DNA of 63,428 bases, the filler included, from Licmophora abbreviata (Eukaryota), in the NCBI GenBank assembly GCA_900291995.1. It is 10 parts of 10 records of this genome, joined end to end, with 100 filler letters (N's around TTAATTAATTAA, not from the genome) between each part and the next. Parts side by side here need not be neighbours in the genome. Positions count along the whole stretch, not along the records: positions 9,780 to 12,339 come from OLMU01003048.1; positions 12,440 to 29,055 come from OLMU01003049.1; 8 more parts are not named here. One strand, written 5' to 3'. The position numbers and the translations under genes are program-made. The notes beneath the pieces were generated by a model, which saw only the letters and a list, made by a program, of their open reading frames with translations, ran no database searches and was not told the origin of the DNA. Numbering within the stretch: position 1 is the stretch's first letter; each line of letters starts with the position of its first letter. This document shows positions 9,905 to 20,706 of the stretch, piece after piece.

Positions 9905-12146
9905 CTAAAAGTTAACCTGCTCTTCGGTTTCGGCAATCGGCCTGAAGCCGTAGTCTGTGATGAGGAAAACAAAAAAATTGCATGTGAGAATGATCAATAT
10001 CTAGCTTGCAACGCACGTTCTATCACCAATTCATCACCTACCGAATGTTCCTTGCTGCATTTCATCTTCCTCCTCCTTCTTGAGTTGTTCCATAGCCTTG
10101 CGCCACTCAGCGTCGATCGCGCCCGCACTCTCAGTGTTACACTCGTACTCGACGCTCTGCGATAGGGTCTTGACCAGTTCGGCCGCCAGCTCTTCCGGAG
10201 TAGTGCCTTGCGTTTCCGGAAGGTAATAAATCGTGAAGACAAACGTGAATAACAAGACGCAGGCGAATGGGACAAATGAATACGGTCCGAGGTACAGGTT
10301 CAAGTACGGGAATATCAAACCGACGATGAAGTTGCATGCCCAGTTGAGCTGACTGCAGGCTGACATGGCGACAGCGACGTACTTGGCATCAAACATCTCG
10401 GCAACAATCAGCCACGGGATAGGGCCCAGTCCAATCTCGAAGAATATTACATAGAAATTCACGGCAACAAGTGCAAGCATGTTGTTGAAGACACCCAACA
10501 AAGCCAAGACGATGACTATGCAGCTAAGAAACATACCCCCTGAGCTCCATAGTATGAGTGTCTACACACAGTGCCAGACAAAGAGTTAATAAAGTGTGAG
10601 CATCGCCTGGCAGCACTGAAAGAATGTCCTGTCAGAGAATTATCTCATTTACCTTCCTTCCGCACGAGTCCATTAGCAAGAGAGCTGCGTATGTGGCTAG
10701 CACATTGACGGCTCCGACAATGGTTGTTCCTACCAACGGATTGTCGATGACGCCCTTGAAGAAAGACGTTGAATAGTAGAAGACGGCATTAATGCCACTC
10801 ATCTGCTGCGCAAACTGAAGGACAAGACAAGAAATTAACAGCATTTTGATTTTGCGGTGAGAAAACATCTCTTCCAGGACTCCAGATTGAGATGGTTGTT
10901 CCTGTCGTTGCGCCGCCCCACCCAAGACGAAGTTTCCCACTTCCGTCTCAACTTCATGGTCGTAGCGAAGGCCACGAAGTTGCTTGATAATGTAACGGGC
11001 CTTGAGGGAGTTAGGGTCACGCCCGAGTAGCCAGCGAGGACTCTCCAGCAAGAATGGCGACATGACGAGCTGTAGCACTGCAATCATAACTGTGGCGGAA
11101 AACATCACGCGCCACAGAGATTCCGTCGCAAACTGGAACGCCAAAATGTCACTCACGAGAATGCCGACAACCAAGGCAAACTGTGTAAGCGTCCCCAGCA
11201 TACCTCGCAAGGTCGGAGGGGCCAACTCTCCCAGATAAATAGGAACCAGCACAGAAGAGTAACCGCTTGCGAAACCAATGATGAAACGACTGATAATGAT
11301 TGTGAACATGTCGAGCGCAAAGGTCTGCATCAACCCTCCCAACAAGAACATCCACGTGTCCATCAACAGAGCACCTCGTCGCCCCCTCTGATCCGCCATG
11401 CGCCCTCCCACAATTGCCCCAAACGGTCCACCGACTGCAAATGCCGCAACAGCCAGACTCCACGATGCCGTAGAGTGCCCGGGGAAAACTACGGCCTCGG
11501 GAGCATTCATAACGCCCGTGTTGTATCCAACCAAAAACTGCGACATGGCCGCCACAATTATGGCGAATACGAGCGGCGTGGTCACCATGACAGCATCAAA
11601 CTCGAGTTCATCGAGAATAATCATGCTAGCTCTCGAGCGACGGACTTCTCGGGCGTCGGCGGGAAGCTCCTTTTGATCCATGACATCGAGATCAGCTGCA
11701 TAGCTGGCAAAGGCTTGCGAGATGGTACGTTCCTTCTTCTGCATACCAAAGACGGCCGTAAAGGGAACGAGCTGGTAGAGCTCTTGGCGACCCAGCTGCG
11801 TGGGCGTGAGGTAGCTCATGGATCCATCGGCGCTAACGCTGTACGACTTTGGAAGGCCCTGAATTTTGGGTATGTCGCGCACGGTGAAGTGTCCCAGACT
11901 GCCCGAGCCACCCAGAGCCGCAATGCTTGCGCTTCGCTTGTGGCGCTGCTCGCGAGTACTGGAAGACTGACAAAAGCAACAAGGAGAGCAAATGTGTCGT
12001 GTAAGTATCAGGAGGTAATCGGCGCGCTGACTGACGGATGACACCCCTCCTGACGTCGATGCGAAGGAAGCAAATCTGTGACTTACCGATCCCTGTTCTG
12101 CATCCAGTTTCCGCCGCGCCAGTAGTTGCGTAGTTTCGGTGTCCAT
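9905..12146 (-). CDS. MFS sugar-porter (GLUT/SLC2-like) hexose transporter; exons 12146-12087, 11966-10653, 10561-10042, 9954-9905
   Basis: [78 protein letters not shown]; canonical introns keep the frame. Confidence 0.92.
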
Positions 12147-12339
12147 CTTTCTAGCGACTCAAACCTGTGAAGCACTCTGAAAGGCCATTCCTCGTGCTCC
12201 AAAGAGTCAAACTGCCGCAGGTGCAACAGCAACAGCAGAAAAAAACTCGAACTCTCGCCGTCATCAAGAGACACGCGCGAGGAGAGAAAAAGATTCGATT
12301 CGCCGGTAGATCTTTGTGAGTAGGCTTATCTGTAGACAC

Positions 12340-12439
12340 NNNNNNNNNNNNNNNNNNNNNNNNNNNNNNNNNNNNNNNNNNNNTTAATTAATTAANNNNN
12401 NNNNNNNNNNNNNNNNNNNNNNNNNNNNNNNNNNNNNNN
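12340..12439. other. Artificial contig spacer
   Basis: 44 N + TTAATTAATTAA + 44 N. Confidence 0.99.
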
Positions 12440-12448
12440 AATCAGCGA

Positions 12449-13252
12449 ATGAGGCATAGGAATTCGCCTTTCATTGTTACCGTCACACTCGGATCGTTGT
12501 GGATGCTATTCTTGTACAGCTCCCCATATTTAAGAAAACGATCCATCGCCATGCCAACACCATCGTTGTTCGCACCTGTGACTGGGGCTCACGCTCTCTC
12601 CAGCGCCGCATCGGTTCCTAAACGTCGAGTTTTCTGCTTCGGAGACTCTCTCACGGCCGGAACATCGGATGACGTGTTTGCGTTGTTCCCGTACGCTCCT
12701 CATTTGGAGAGCTCCTTGAATACGCGCCTTGGCCAAGACGACAACACCACCAACAACGTGTTGGTACGACACCACGGTATACCTGGATGGACTACAACGC
12801 AAATGTTGAATGATCTTGACGGAAGTCAGGGTCTTCGCACTTTCATTCGTGCAGCGCAACCAGTCGCGCTTGTCGTTCTGCTTGCTGGCACGAATGATTT
12901 GGGATATACGTCAGACCCAAGCGTTCTAGTCGGGAATCTCGCAGAGCTTCACCAAGCATGTCAGAATGAGGGTGTTCCCAGGACTTTGGCAATTGGGGTT
13001 CCACCCTCAGCCTATCAAAGTATGGTGAAAGAGGCTGCCGACATGGCTCGACGCGTCAATCAGCAGCTTCAGGACTACTGCGTCCAGAATGCGCCCAAGA
13101 CCACATACATGGAGTTTCCGTTTGCATTCTCTCGGACCGAAGGCAACTTTGCCAAAGATGGACTGCATTTTACGCCTCAAGGGTATCAGCTGCTGGGTGA
13201 ATCATTGGCACCGATCGTAGAACAGATTCTAGACGACACGGCTGAACCGTAG
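12449..13252 (+). CDS. SGNH/GDSL-family hydrolase (esterase/lipase) with N-terminal hydrophobic segment
   Basis: Blocks FGDSLTAG, HGIPGW, LAGTND and DGLH. Confidence 0.9.
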   Translation: MRHRNSPFIVTVTLGSLWMLFLYSSPYLRKRSIAMPTPSLFAPVTGAHALSSAASVPKRRVFCFGDSLTAGTSDDVFALFPYAPHLESSLNTRLGQDDNTTNNVLVRHHGIPGWTTTQMLNDLDGSQGLRTFIRAAQPVALVVLLAGTNDLGYTSDPSVLVGNLAELHQACQNEGVPRTLAIGVPPSAYQSMVKEAADMARRVNQQLQDYCVQNAPKTTYMEFPFAFSRTEGNFAKDGLHFTPQGYQLLGESLAPIVEQILDDTAEP

Positions 13253-13576
13253 ACTCGTTGTTCTAACATCACGTACCGATCTGCATTGCCGATCTGCAAT
13301 GTTTTGTTCAACAAAATATGTCTATGGCCTTCGCAGCAGGTAGACTATTTAATAGCCAAAACAGTAAAGAAGACTACTTACTTGATTTAGAAATTCACTC
13401 TCTTTCTCGTCCTCAACACCCCACGGCGGATTGTGCGCTCTATGGGGCGGTTTGCTTCAGTATGATCTGTGATGTAGCTTTATCGTACAAGATGCGATTT
13501 TCTTCTCTCAAACATGCAATCTAGCTTCTTAGTGTTATTGATCTCCATGTCAGCTATCGCTTTCTTCACCAGTCAC

Positions 13577-15514
13577 TCAGCAATAGTCGCAAGTAGATTG
13601 GCAAACTTCGGCGACGTCCTCGAAAATACAATAATTGTTCACATAGTAGTTGCGCGCTGCCAGCCAGTCACAGCTCTTCCAGCCAATGTTCTGGTTGATC
13701 CAAACGTCCTCAGACAAGTCCTCACAATCACCACCACCACTCTTGCTGTAAATATCTTTCGGGGTGTAGTTCCGGCCATCCCAGTAATCGCAGCTGTCGC
13801 AGGTTTCTTGGCACAGATAGCTGACGTCCTTGTCCTTGCCACACTGATTATTCTTGAAGTTGGCGCCCCTCTTGTCCACCCAAGCACAGTCCTGGTACCC
13901 TTTGCTGTTGTTGATCCAGATGTAGTAGTCGTTGTCGTTCTTGCAAGTGTCGCCGCCGCCACCACCACCACCGCCGCCATTGTCCTTGCTGACAGCGTTG
14001 ATGAGGTTATAGTTCCGGCCGTCCCAGTAGTCGCAGCTGTTGCATGCCTCTTGGCACAGGTAGCTGACGTCCTTATCTTTGCCGCACTGACTATTCTTGA
14101 AGCTGGTGCTCTTCTTTGCAACCCATGCACAGTCCTTGTATCCGTTGTTGTTGTTGATGAAAATGTTGTAGCTGTTGTCGTCCTGGCAAGTGCCACCGCC
14201 ACCGCCGTCTCCACCGCCTCCGCCGTCTCCGCCACTGCAAAAGGCTCCGGGTTTGGAAGAGTTTTCGCAGATCACCTTGTCGATCCATCCAGTAACGTGA
14301 CTGACACGTGCGTAAACGCCAGGGTACTTGGCTACAAAGAGGTGTGAAGACAGGGGGAAGGAATTGCGTGAGTTGCTACAGTTCAATGTACAAAGCGTGC
14401 ATGCACCACACGAATGCATATGCTTGGATCTCGTTGTCGTACCTCTTGCGCATCCCTCTCCCCAGCTGACGACACCGACTTGGGTATGCTTCCCGTTCAC
14501 AATCTCAACGAGCGGCCCTCCTGAATCTCCTTGGCAGCTCTATGGTTTTGAACATTGATGGGCGATGTGAGAAACGAACGGTAGATGATCGAGGGCAAGC
14601 AAGTCACGCTCCAAGAGACGCCACAACTTACGTCTTTTCCGCTACGCTTCGCACACATCATGGACTTTTCGTCGATTCCGCCATACAACGGCTGGTAGGC
14701 CTTGTCACACTCTTGATTCGAGACATAATCGACAGTTACTTTCTTGAGGGTCGAAGGATAATTTCCGCTGTTCTCCTTGAGGTCACCGAAGCCCATGACG
14801 ACGAGGTCTTCGCCGGCCTTTGGGTTGCCGCCATCGCGATTAATCTTAACAGGGTCGATGCTGGTGACAAATTTGTCGATCTTCAGGAGCATGAAGTCAT
14901 ACGCTTCAGTGCCGGAGTTGTAGGAAGGATGAGGGAACTTCTTGGTGATCTTCGCGCGTACGCCATTAGGACCACTGAATTTGTAAGTGTTGGGGTTTTC
15001 CTTGTGGGCTCCAATAACAACATTCTTTTGGTTCCCGTTGCAGTGAGCTGCCGTGAGGAGAAAGTCCCCATGAATGAATGATACGCCGCAGCCTCTATTT
15101 TCCCAACTGTTGCAAGACAAAAAGGTGACGCCGATATCGCGCATGAGTTGGTGGTGTAAGGACACATTTAGAGAATGTCACTGGACATTCTGGAATGTCA
15201 CACAGCACACATCAGACTTACCCGACGAAGTAGGGAAACTCCTTGGATCCGGCGTTGGTGCCACCGACAATGCGACTTTCGTGCTCGTGGTGATTCGTGA
15301 GGACTGTCGAGTTGCTGAAAGAGCCATCAAAGTTGTAGCTCTCGGTAGGAACGTCACGCGTGAGAAGTCCACGTGCCTGCCGATGATGTTCGATGTGGTG
15401 GTGAGAGTCGCGGTGAAGGGACTGCTCGTCGTCGAGATGGCGCGTGCCCTCAAGGCGAGCTGCAGTGGGAGTGACAAGCGCGGCAAATAGCGCTGCGAGA
15501 GTGAAGGAGACCAT
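13577..15514 (-). CDS. Secreted trypsin-family (S1A) serine protease with three C-terminal Cys-rich ShKT-like repeats; exons 15514-15222, 15106-14632, 14539-14443, 14331-13577
   Basis: Signal peptide MVSFTLAALFAALVTPTAA; R|IVGG activation site; triad LTAAHC / YDFMLL / GKD|SCQGDSGGP with Asp at S1; VVSWGEGCA; KYPGVYARVS; then 3x C-x-D...C-x-W...C...C-x3-C-x2-C. Confidence 0.93.
13740..14190 (-). repeat. Internal tandem duplication (period ~243 nt) encoding two near-identical Cys-rich modules separated by poly-Gly linkers
   Basis: tagttccggcc at 13767 and 14010; QCGKDKDVSYLCQE.C.SCDYWDGRNY occurs twice. Confidence 0.9.
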
Positions 15515-16231
15515 CTTGGTAGAGTAATGCTGGAGACAGTGTGGTCGTCAAGGATGCATTGGCATGTTTTGTGAGCATGTTTCATTTCGAATTGTTGGAG
15601 AACGATGAGTCTTTGTTGAGTCCTGGGTGTGGTTTCCGGTCTATCATACGACCAGCTAGGGTGGGCAGGATTCTGATATTACCGAATCTTTGAAGTTTAT
15701 TTGGTACTCATGCAACGTGTACCTGCTATCCTAGGTTCATTTCTTACGTTTCCAGACTGTTTTCGTCAGATATTGTCAAATGCGGGTGGACCCCTTGTCA
15801 TTCTTGGATTGGTGCGAAAACTTTAGCAACCATAAAACTCGAGGATGCGAGTTTCTTAGACGTGGATTGTCGACAGACAAATTATGAGTTTCTGTATTGT
15901 ATAACTATTGAATACCGGCATGTGCGAGAAATACTTTATATACAAACCGAGAGAGTCCACAATGATACAGGCGCGATCAATCTTTTTGCCTTGTTTGTGT
16001 AATGAATTCTTTTTGTTGTTGTGGTTCATCGCGCCACCACGTGGACCAGTTCCGTGGTATACCTTGTTTCACATTGTAGTGCCTCTTGATTCGAGGAAAG
16101 GAGAGCGAAGCACAGCGAAGGGTGGACCTGAAAAGGAAGTGCCACGGGCTGGACCACACCACTTCGACGACGACAACACGAGCAAGCACAGGAAAGCAGC
16201 TTCTTCCGAAAGGGACAAAGATACGGCTACC

Positions 16232-18273
16232 ATGAAAAATGATAAGAACGCCGCTGACCAGCAGAGTCGCCGGCCCCCTCAAGGAATGCAGGAGGAAGAC
16301 GATGATGGAGCGAGACTCCTTCAGTCCAATGGAAACGAAGCGGCGCTATCTAGAACAGCGGTTCCATACGATGGCGGCAATGAACGTTCTGGTGGACTCG
16401 ATTCAAATGATGTGTCCACACAGAAGCCTCGCCTACGAAGAACGAAGCCCGAGTGGGGGCCGTAGCTGCCTGAGTGTAGATTTGGAAATGGGAGATGAAT
16501 CGCAGACTGTGATAACTCATCTAGACACCGTCGTAGCGGAAGCGATCACAACCGACTACCTTGAAAGTGAGCTTCGAGACCAGCTGCGCTCCGAGCTTCG
16601 CAATGAGCTTCATGCCCAGATGAGGGTTAAGATTGTTCATGCGGAGGCGCTTCCCTTGGACAACGGCGATACACAACCCCGCACCCAGGCGGTTGATAAT
16701 GCACCTGAGGACGAAGCCAAACCAGCACTATTCTGGACAAAACGGCGAATGATAATAGCATCATCACTCATACTTCTGATCGTTGTGGGTGCAGCTACCG
16801 GGGCAGTGATTGCCTCGAGTGGTGATGGTGGTGGTGGCGGCGGCGAGCAGGGAAATGCTCAGTTTGATCAGCCGTCTGACCCAGGTGGTACTTCGACCTT
16901 CGCGCCAACGCAGAGTCCCAATCAAGCTCAGCCTGCTACCACGACAGCTCCTGTTGTGTCCGGGAGTCCACCGATAACCCCGTCGCCCCCCTCCTTCCCT
17001 CCAACTGCAAGTCCTACGATGACACCTCCAGCATTAGCGCCAACATTCGAGCCAACCACACCTCCAACCTTGGCGCCTTCGACTCTTTCTCCGTCCTACC
17101 CCCCAAGTCCAAACACGCCATTAAATGATTCTGCGCGGCCGCGTAATGCTCTCACGGGAAACAATGGCGGGGATAGGTTCGGAAGTATTTTGTGTATCTC
17201 TCGGACGATGGCAACACACTTGCCGTAGGGTCGACCTCTGCAGAAGGCTATGCAGAGGTGTATCGTTGGACGTCGATCGGTATACAAAACTTGGACAAAC
17301 CATTCGTGGGATCGGTGGAGGCGACTAGTTTGGGCGTTCTGTGGCGCTAAGTGAGGATGGAACAACGCTGGCGGTGGGCGCCTGGAACAACGATAACTCG
17401 GGTGACAACGCCGGTCACGCTCGCGCATTCACATATAATGGAAGTAGGTGGAACCAGATCGGCCTGACTCTTGTAGGTGACAAAGCTGGAGACCGTTTCG
17501 GGTGGTACGTATCTCTATCAGGCAATGGGAGAGTGCTCGCAACCAGTGGTCGACTCGGTGACCCTTCGAGCGCCTTGATAGACGCAGGATACGCTCGAAT
17601 CTTTGAACTGGATGGAAACCGCTGGAACCAGCTCGGCTCTGATCTTGAAGGAGAAAACAAAGAAGCGCAGTTTGGGAGATCCTTATCGCTGTCATCAAGT
17701 GGTACTAGGATTGTGGTCGGTGCTATTTATGGTGCAAACCGAAAAGGCCGCATCCGCGTCTTTGATTTTGATGGAAGTGATTGGCGTCGTCTGGGAAATG
17801 CTCTGGACGGCGAACAAGAAGACGATTTCCAGGGTACATCCGTCAAATTGTCGGGAAGTGGGACTGTGGTTGCCATCGGGGCAGATGGTAACGATCGAAA
17901 CGGTGAGAAATCAGGTCTTGTTCGGGTCTATAGGCTCGATGGAACTACGTGGTCACAGATGGGAGGAAACATACTCGGAGAGGAGGAAGGGGATCAATTC
18001 GGGGCAAGCTTTATCTCTTTGGACTTTGATGCAAACTTGCTCGGAGTCGGATCTCCTCGATACAGGAACTTTCAAGGAAAAGCTTATTTCTATCGTTTCT
18101 TCAACTCGCAATGGATCAAAGTCTTTGAGGTTGCTGGCGACAATGACGGCGATCGCCTTGGGCGTGTCGCGCTGTCGTTCAACGGGGAGGCGTTTGCTGT
18201 CGGGGCACCGCAGCCAGACACTAACGGGAATCCAGTCGGGTACGTGCGCAGCTACACCATAGCAGATGTTTAG
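16232..18273 (+). pseudogene. Disrupted type-II membrane protein: TM helix, Pro/Thr/Ser stalk, 7-blade FG-GAP/integrin-alpha-like beta-propeller
   Basis: TM IIASSLILLIVVGAATGAVIA; PT-rich stalk; seven GD/EA-x-FG-xx-V-x-LS-x-DG-type blades. Frame breaks at ~16445-16470, ~17200 and ~17265, and an in-frame TAG at 17326-17328 (GD*FG). Confidence 0.75.
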
Positions 18274-18362
18274 TAGTATTAGTGGCAAACACGCAGCAAA
18301 AGTAAAGATGAATGTCGGTACTGCGGTATGAGAAGTCTAGCCACACCCATCAATGGACATCA

Positions 18363-19220
18363 TCATTGCTGAAAAAGCTTTGCGAGCGCGTCCAGTGGAG
18401 ACGACTGCAATGCTGACGACACTCCTTTCGGCATGGCAGGTCTTGGTCGAGGCTGCACCGGCGGAGCGGGGAGAGCCGTCACTCTTCCAATAAGAAACGG
18501 AAAGAGGCTTGACAACAAAATGTCCCATCCGGGAATGTCGAATCGATCTTCTTGAAAGACAATAAGACCATCTTCTACCCTCAAGTCAGTATAGCAAATG
18601 TAAGGTTTGATGGTCAAACCGGGCCCAATATTGACCTTTCCAGATAGACGCCAAGTAACTGTAATGGTGTTTGGGACTGTCGTACTGACGACACTGGAGA
18701 TTATTTCGGCACGGGACGTTTCCTGGTCAAAAAGCTTGTAGACGCCTTTCGCATAGTCTTCAATGCCACTCAGCTTGACGTCAGGATCTTGAAACTCAAA
18801 CGAATCGGCAAAATAACTTGGATTCACTCGTCCCGTCACGAACCACTCCTTGTCGTACAGTTCGGCGTCCAGAATCCGCGCGAGGACGGACAAATTTCGA
18901 ATGGGAGTCTTCGGTGTAGAATCAAAATCGATCAACGAAAGTGGATTCTCTGATAGTTCAGTCGAATCCGACTGGTCGGGTAGGAAGTTCGACAAGACGC
19001 TCGTCAGAGCATTGCGGTACTCTTCAACACTACCGCCGCTGTCGTCTCTGTCTTGTTGTTTGGCATGATGATGTGTTGGAAGACGACAAGCGGCTGTTGG
19101 TTCCTTCTGGAATTCTCGCATCCTCATCACCGATGCTGGCGTCACCAGAAAAGCCATTGCATGATGCTGCAAGACAATCTGTGTCACTACGAAAAGCAGA
19201 AACGGTCTCATGGTCCGCAT
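18363..19220 (-). CDS. SnoaL/NTF2-like (DUF2358-like) protein, probably plastid-targeted
   Basis: Signal peptide ending AMA|FLV; WFVTG.V...YFADSFEFQDPDVKLSGIEDY, TWRLSG, IVFQEDRF. Confidence 0.75.
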   Translation of the reverse strand: MRTMRPFLLFVVTQIVLQHHAMAFLVTPASVMRMREFQKEPTAACRLPTHHHAKQQDRDDSGGSVEEYRNALTSVLSNFLPDQSDSTELSENPLSLIDFDSTPKTPIRNLSVLARILDAELYDKEWFVTGRVNPSYFADSFEFQDPDVKLSGIEDYAKGVYKLFDQETSRAEIISSVVSTTVPNTITVTWRLSGKVNIGPGLTIKPYICYTDLRVEDGLIVFQEDRFDIPGWDILLSSLFPFLIGRVTALPAPPVQPRPRPAMPKGVSSALQSSPLDALAKLFQQ

Positions 19221-19440
19221 GAGGATGGACGAGGCCGACGATGACGATGTGACACTTCATCATCGTCATCATCATCATCACACGCAGCTCTGCAACGAGA
19301 CGTCTGTACAAAAAACTTGGAGAGACGGACAGACACATCATCGACGACGCCATCGCAACACAGCATCATCACTAAGATGAGGGCGAGACGATCGACACGA
19401 GACGCGTCTGACATGGCGTCGACACTATGATTGCAGGACA

Positions 19441-20349
19441 ATGAGCGGCATCATTGATGATAAACCACCCGCCAGTCACGTTATTTCCCTCGATACAGAT
19501 CAATTCCGAGAGGCACTCGATCGATACCTAGACGAAAGCAAGCCGGATCCCTTGGCACTCCAGCAAGCACGGAGCTGGTTGCTCGAGTGGCATGACGTGG
19601 ACGATGACTCCGTATCCGACAACGCGCGCCTATCTTTGAAACACACGAATCGAATCATTTCTGGACGACTCTTGATTCACGGGGATTACGTGGTGGTGAC
19701 CTTGGAAGCGAACTGCGTCTGGGCGACGCGTGATGACAGAGAGGGCGTCATGCACAGCAGTAATCACGACGACAAGACATCGAATTCTGAATCGCTGTCC
19801 ATCGATGTGACTGTCAAAGCACGTATCCGAACCGACTATCCTGCTTTGAACTCCAGGAAGGAAGAGCGTATCGCGACGAAGCTTCGAAAACAAATGAGTC
19901 GTCGGCTGCGACAAGACGACTACGTTGCCAAGCTCCTGCATGTGGGAGAGACAGTCGAGGATAGTGCATCTTCACCTTTGCCATCTCCTCAACTATATCA
20001 AGCTAGTATTATATCCAACCCACCCACGGATGGATTGGAAGAACGCGTCATGGTGAATGACGAGATTGCGGAGGGACTGGCGCGGTGTCTCTATTATTCG
20101 CAGCATTCGGATTCAGCTCTTGCAATCATGGAAGTGGTGGTTAGTATGCCATATCTGCCCGCAACTCACTCCAAACTTGCACAAAGAGCCAAGCTGCGAC
20201 TTTTGGAAGAAGCCATGGTGGATGCTTGCGAAAAGCGGACGGACGACGATGAACTCTTGGACGAATTGACCTTGAACGAAAGTAGTGAAGACGAGGAATT
20301 GAAAGAAGACGGTGAACCTCATCTCAAAGCGAAACGACTAATGAAGTAG
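19441..20349 (+). CDS. Hypothetical protein (302 aa) with acidic then basic (NLS-like KAKRLMK) C-terminus
   Basis: Long ATG-initiated ORF filling the gap between two genes; family not recognised. Confidence 0.7.
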   Translation: MSGIIDDKPPASHVISLDTDQFREALDRYLDESKPDPLALQQARSWLLEWHDVDDDSVSDNARLSLKHTNRIISGRLLIHGDYVVVTLEANCVWATRDDREGVMHSSNHDDKTSNSESLSIDVTVKARIRTDYPALNSRKEERIATKLRKQMSRRLRQDDYVAKLLHVGETVEDSASSPLPSPQLYQASIISNPPTDGLEERVMVNDEIAEGLARCLYYSQHSDSALAIMEVVVSMPYLPATHSKLAQRAKLRLLEEAMVDACEKRTDDDELLDELTLNESSEDEELKEDGEPHLKAKRLMK

Positions 20350-20706
20350 ATCCAACAACTGTTCATTATAGCTGTAGGGTCGCTACAGAGTGGACGTGAA
20401 TGCTCGTGTGCACCTGTGGCCGATTGGGAATGTGCGCGAGCTCCTCAAACGACAGATCGCGTCTTCTGCTCTGTTGGAGCTCGCATCTCGACCTAACACT
20501 ATCATAATTTTTGTGGGGCCGCGAGGAGACGCGCGGCCATTGCGATCACACATCAGCGAGCCGTCGCAGGAGTAATTGGATGGTAAAACGATCACTTGCT
20601 TGCTCTTTTTGACTCCTTCGCGACGTCTGACGACCCTAGTAGACTGTCAGATTGCAAAAATAAGAAAAGAAATTACAACAAACAAGGAAAAGTATTGTAA
20701 GAAATC

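Noticed and set aside
13514..14347. 277-aa hydrophobic Val/Ala-rich ORF on the + strand
   Set aside because: Antisense shadow of the Asn/Asp/Gly-rich trypsin repeat exon.
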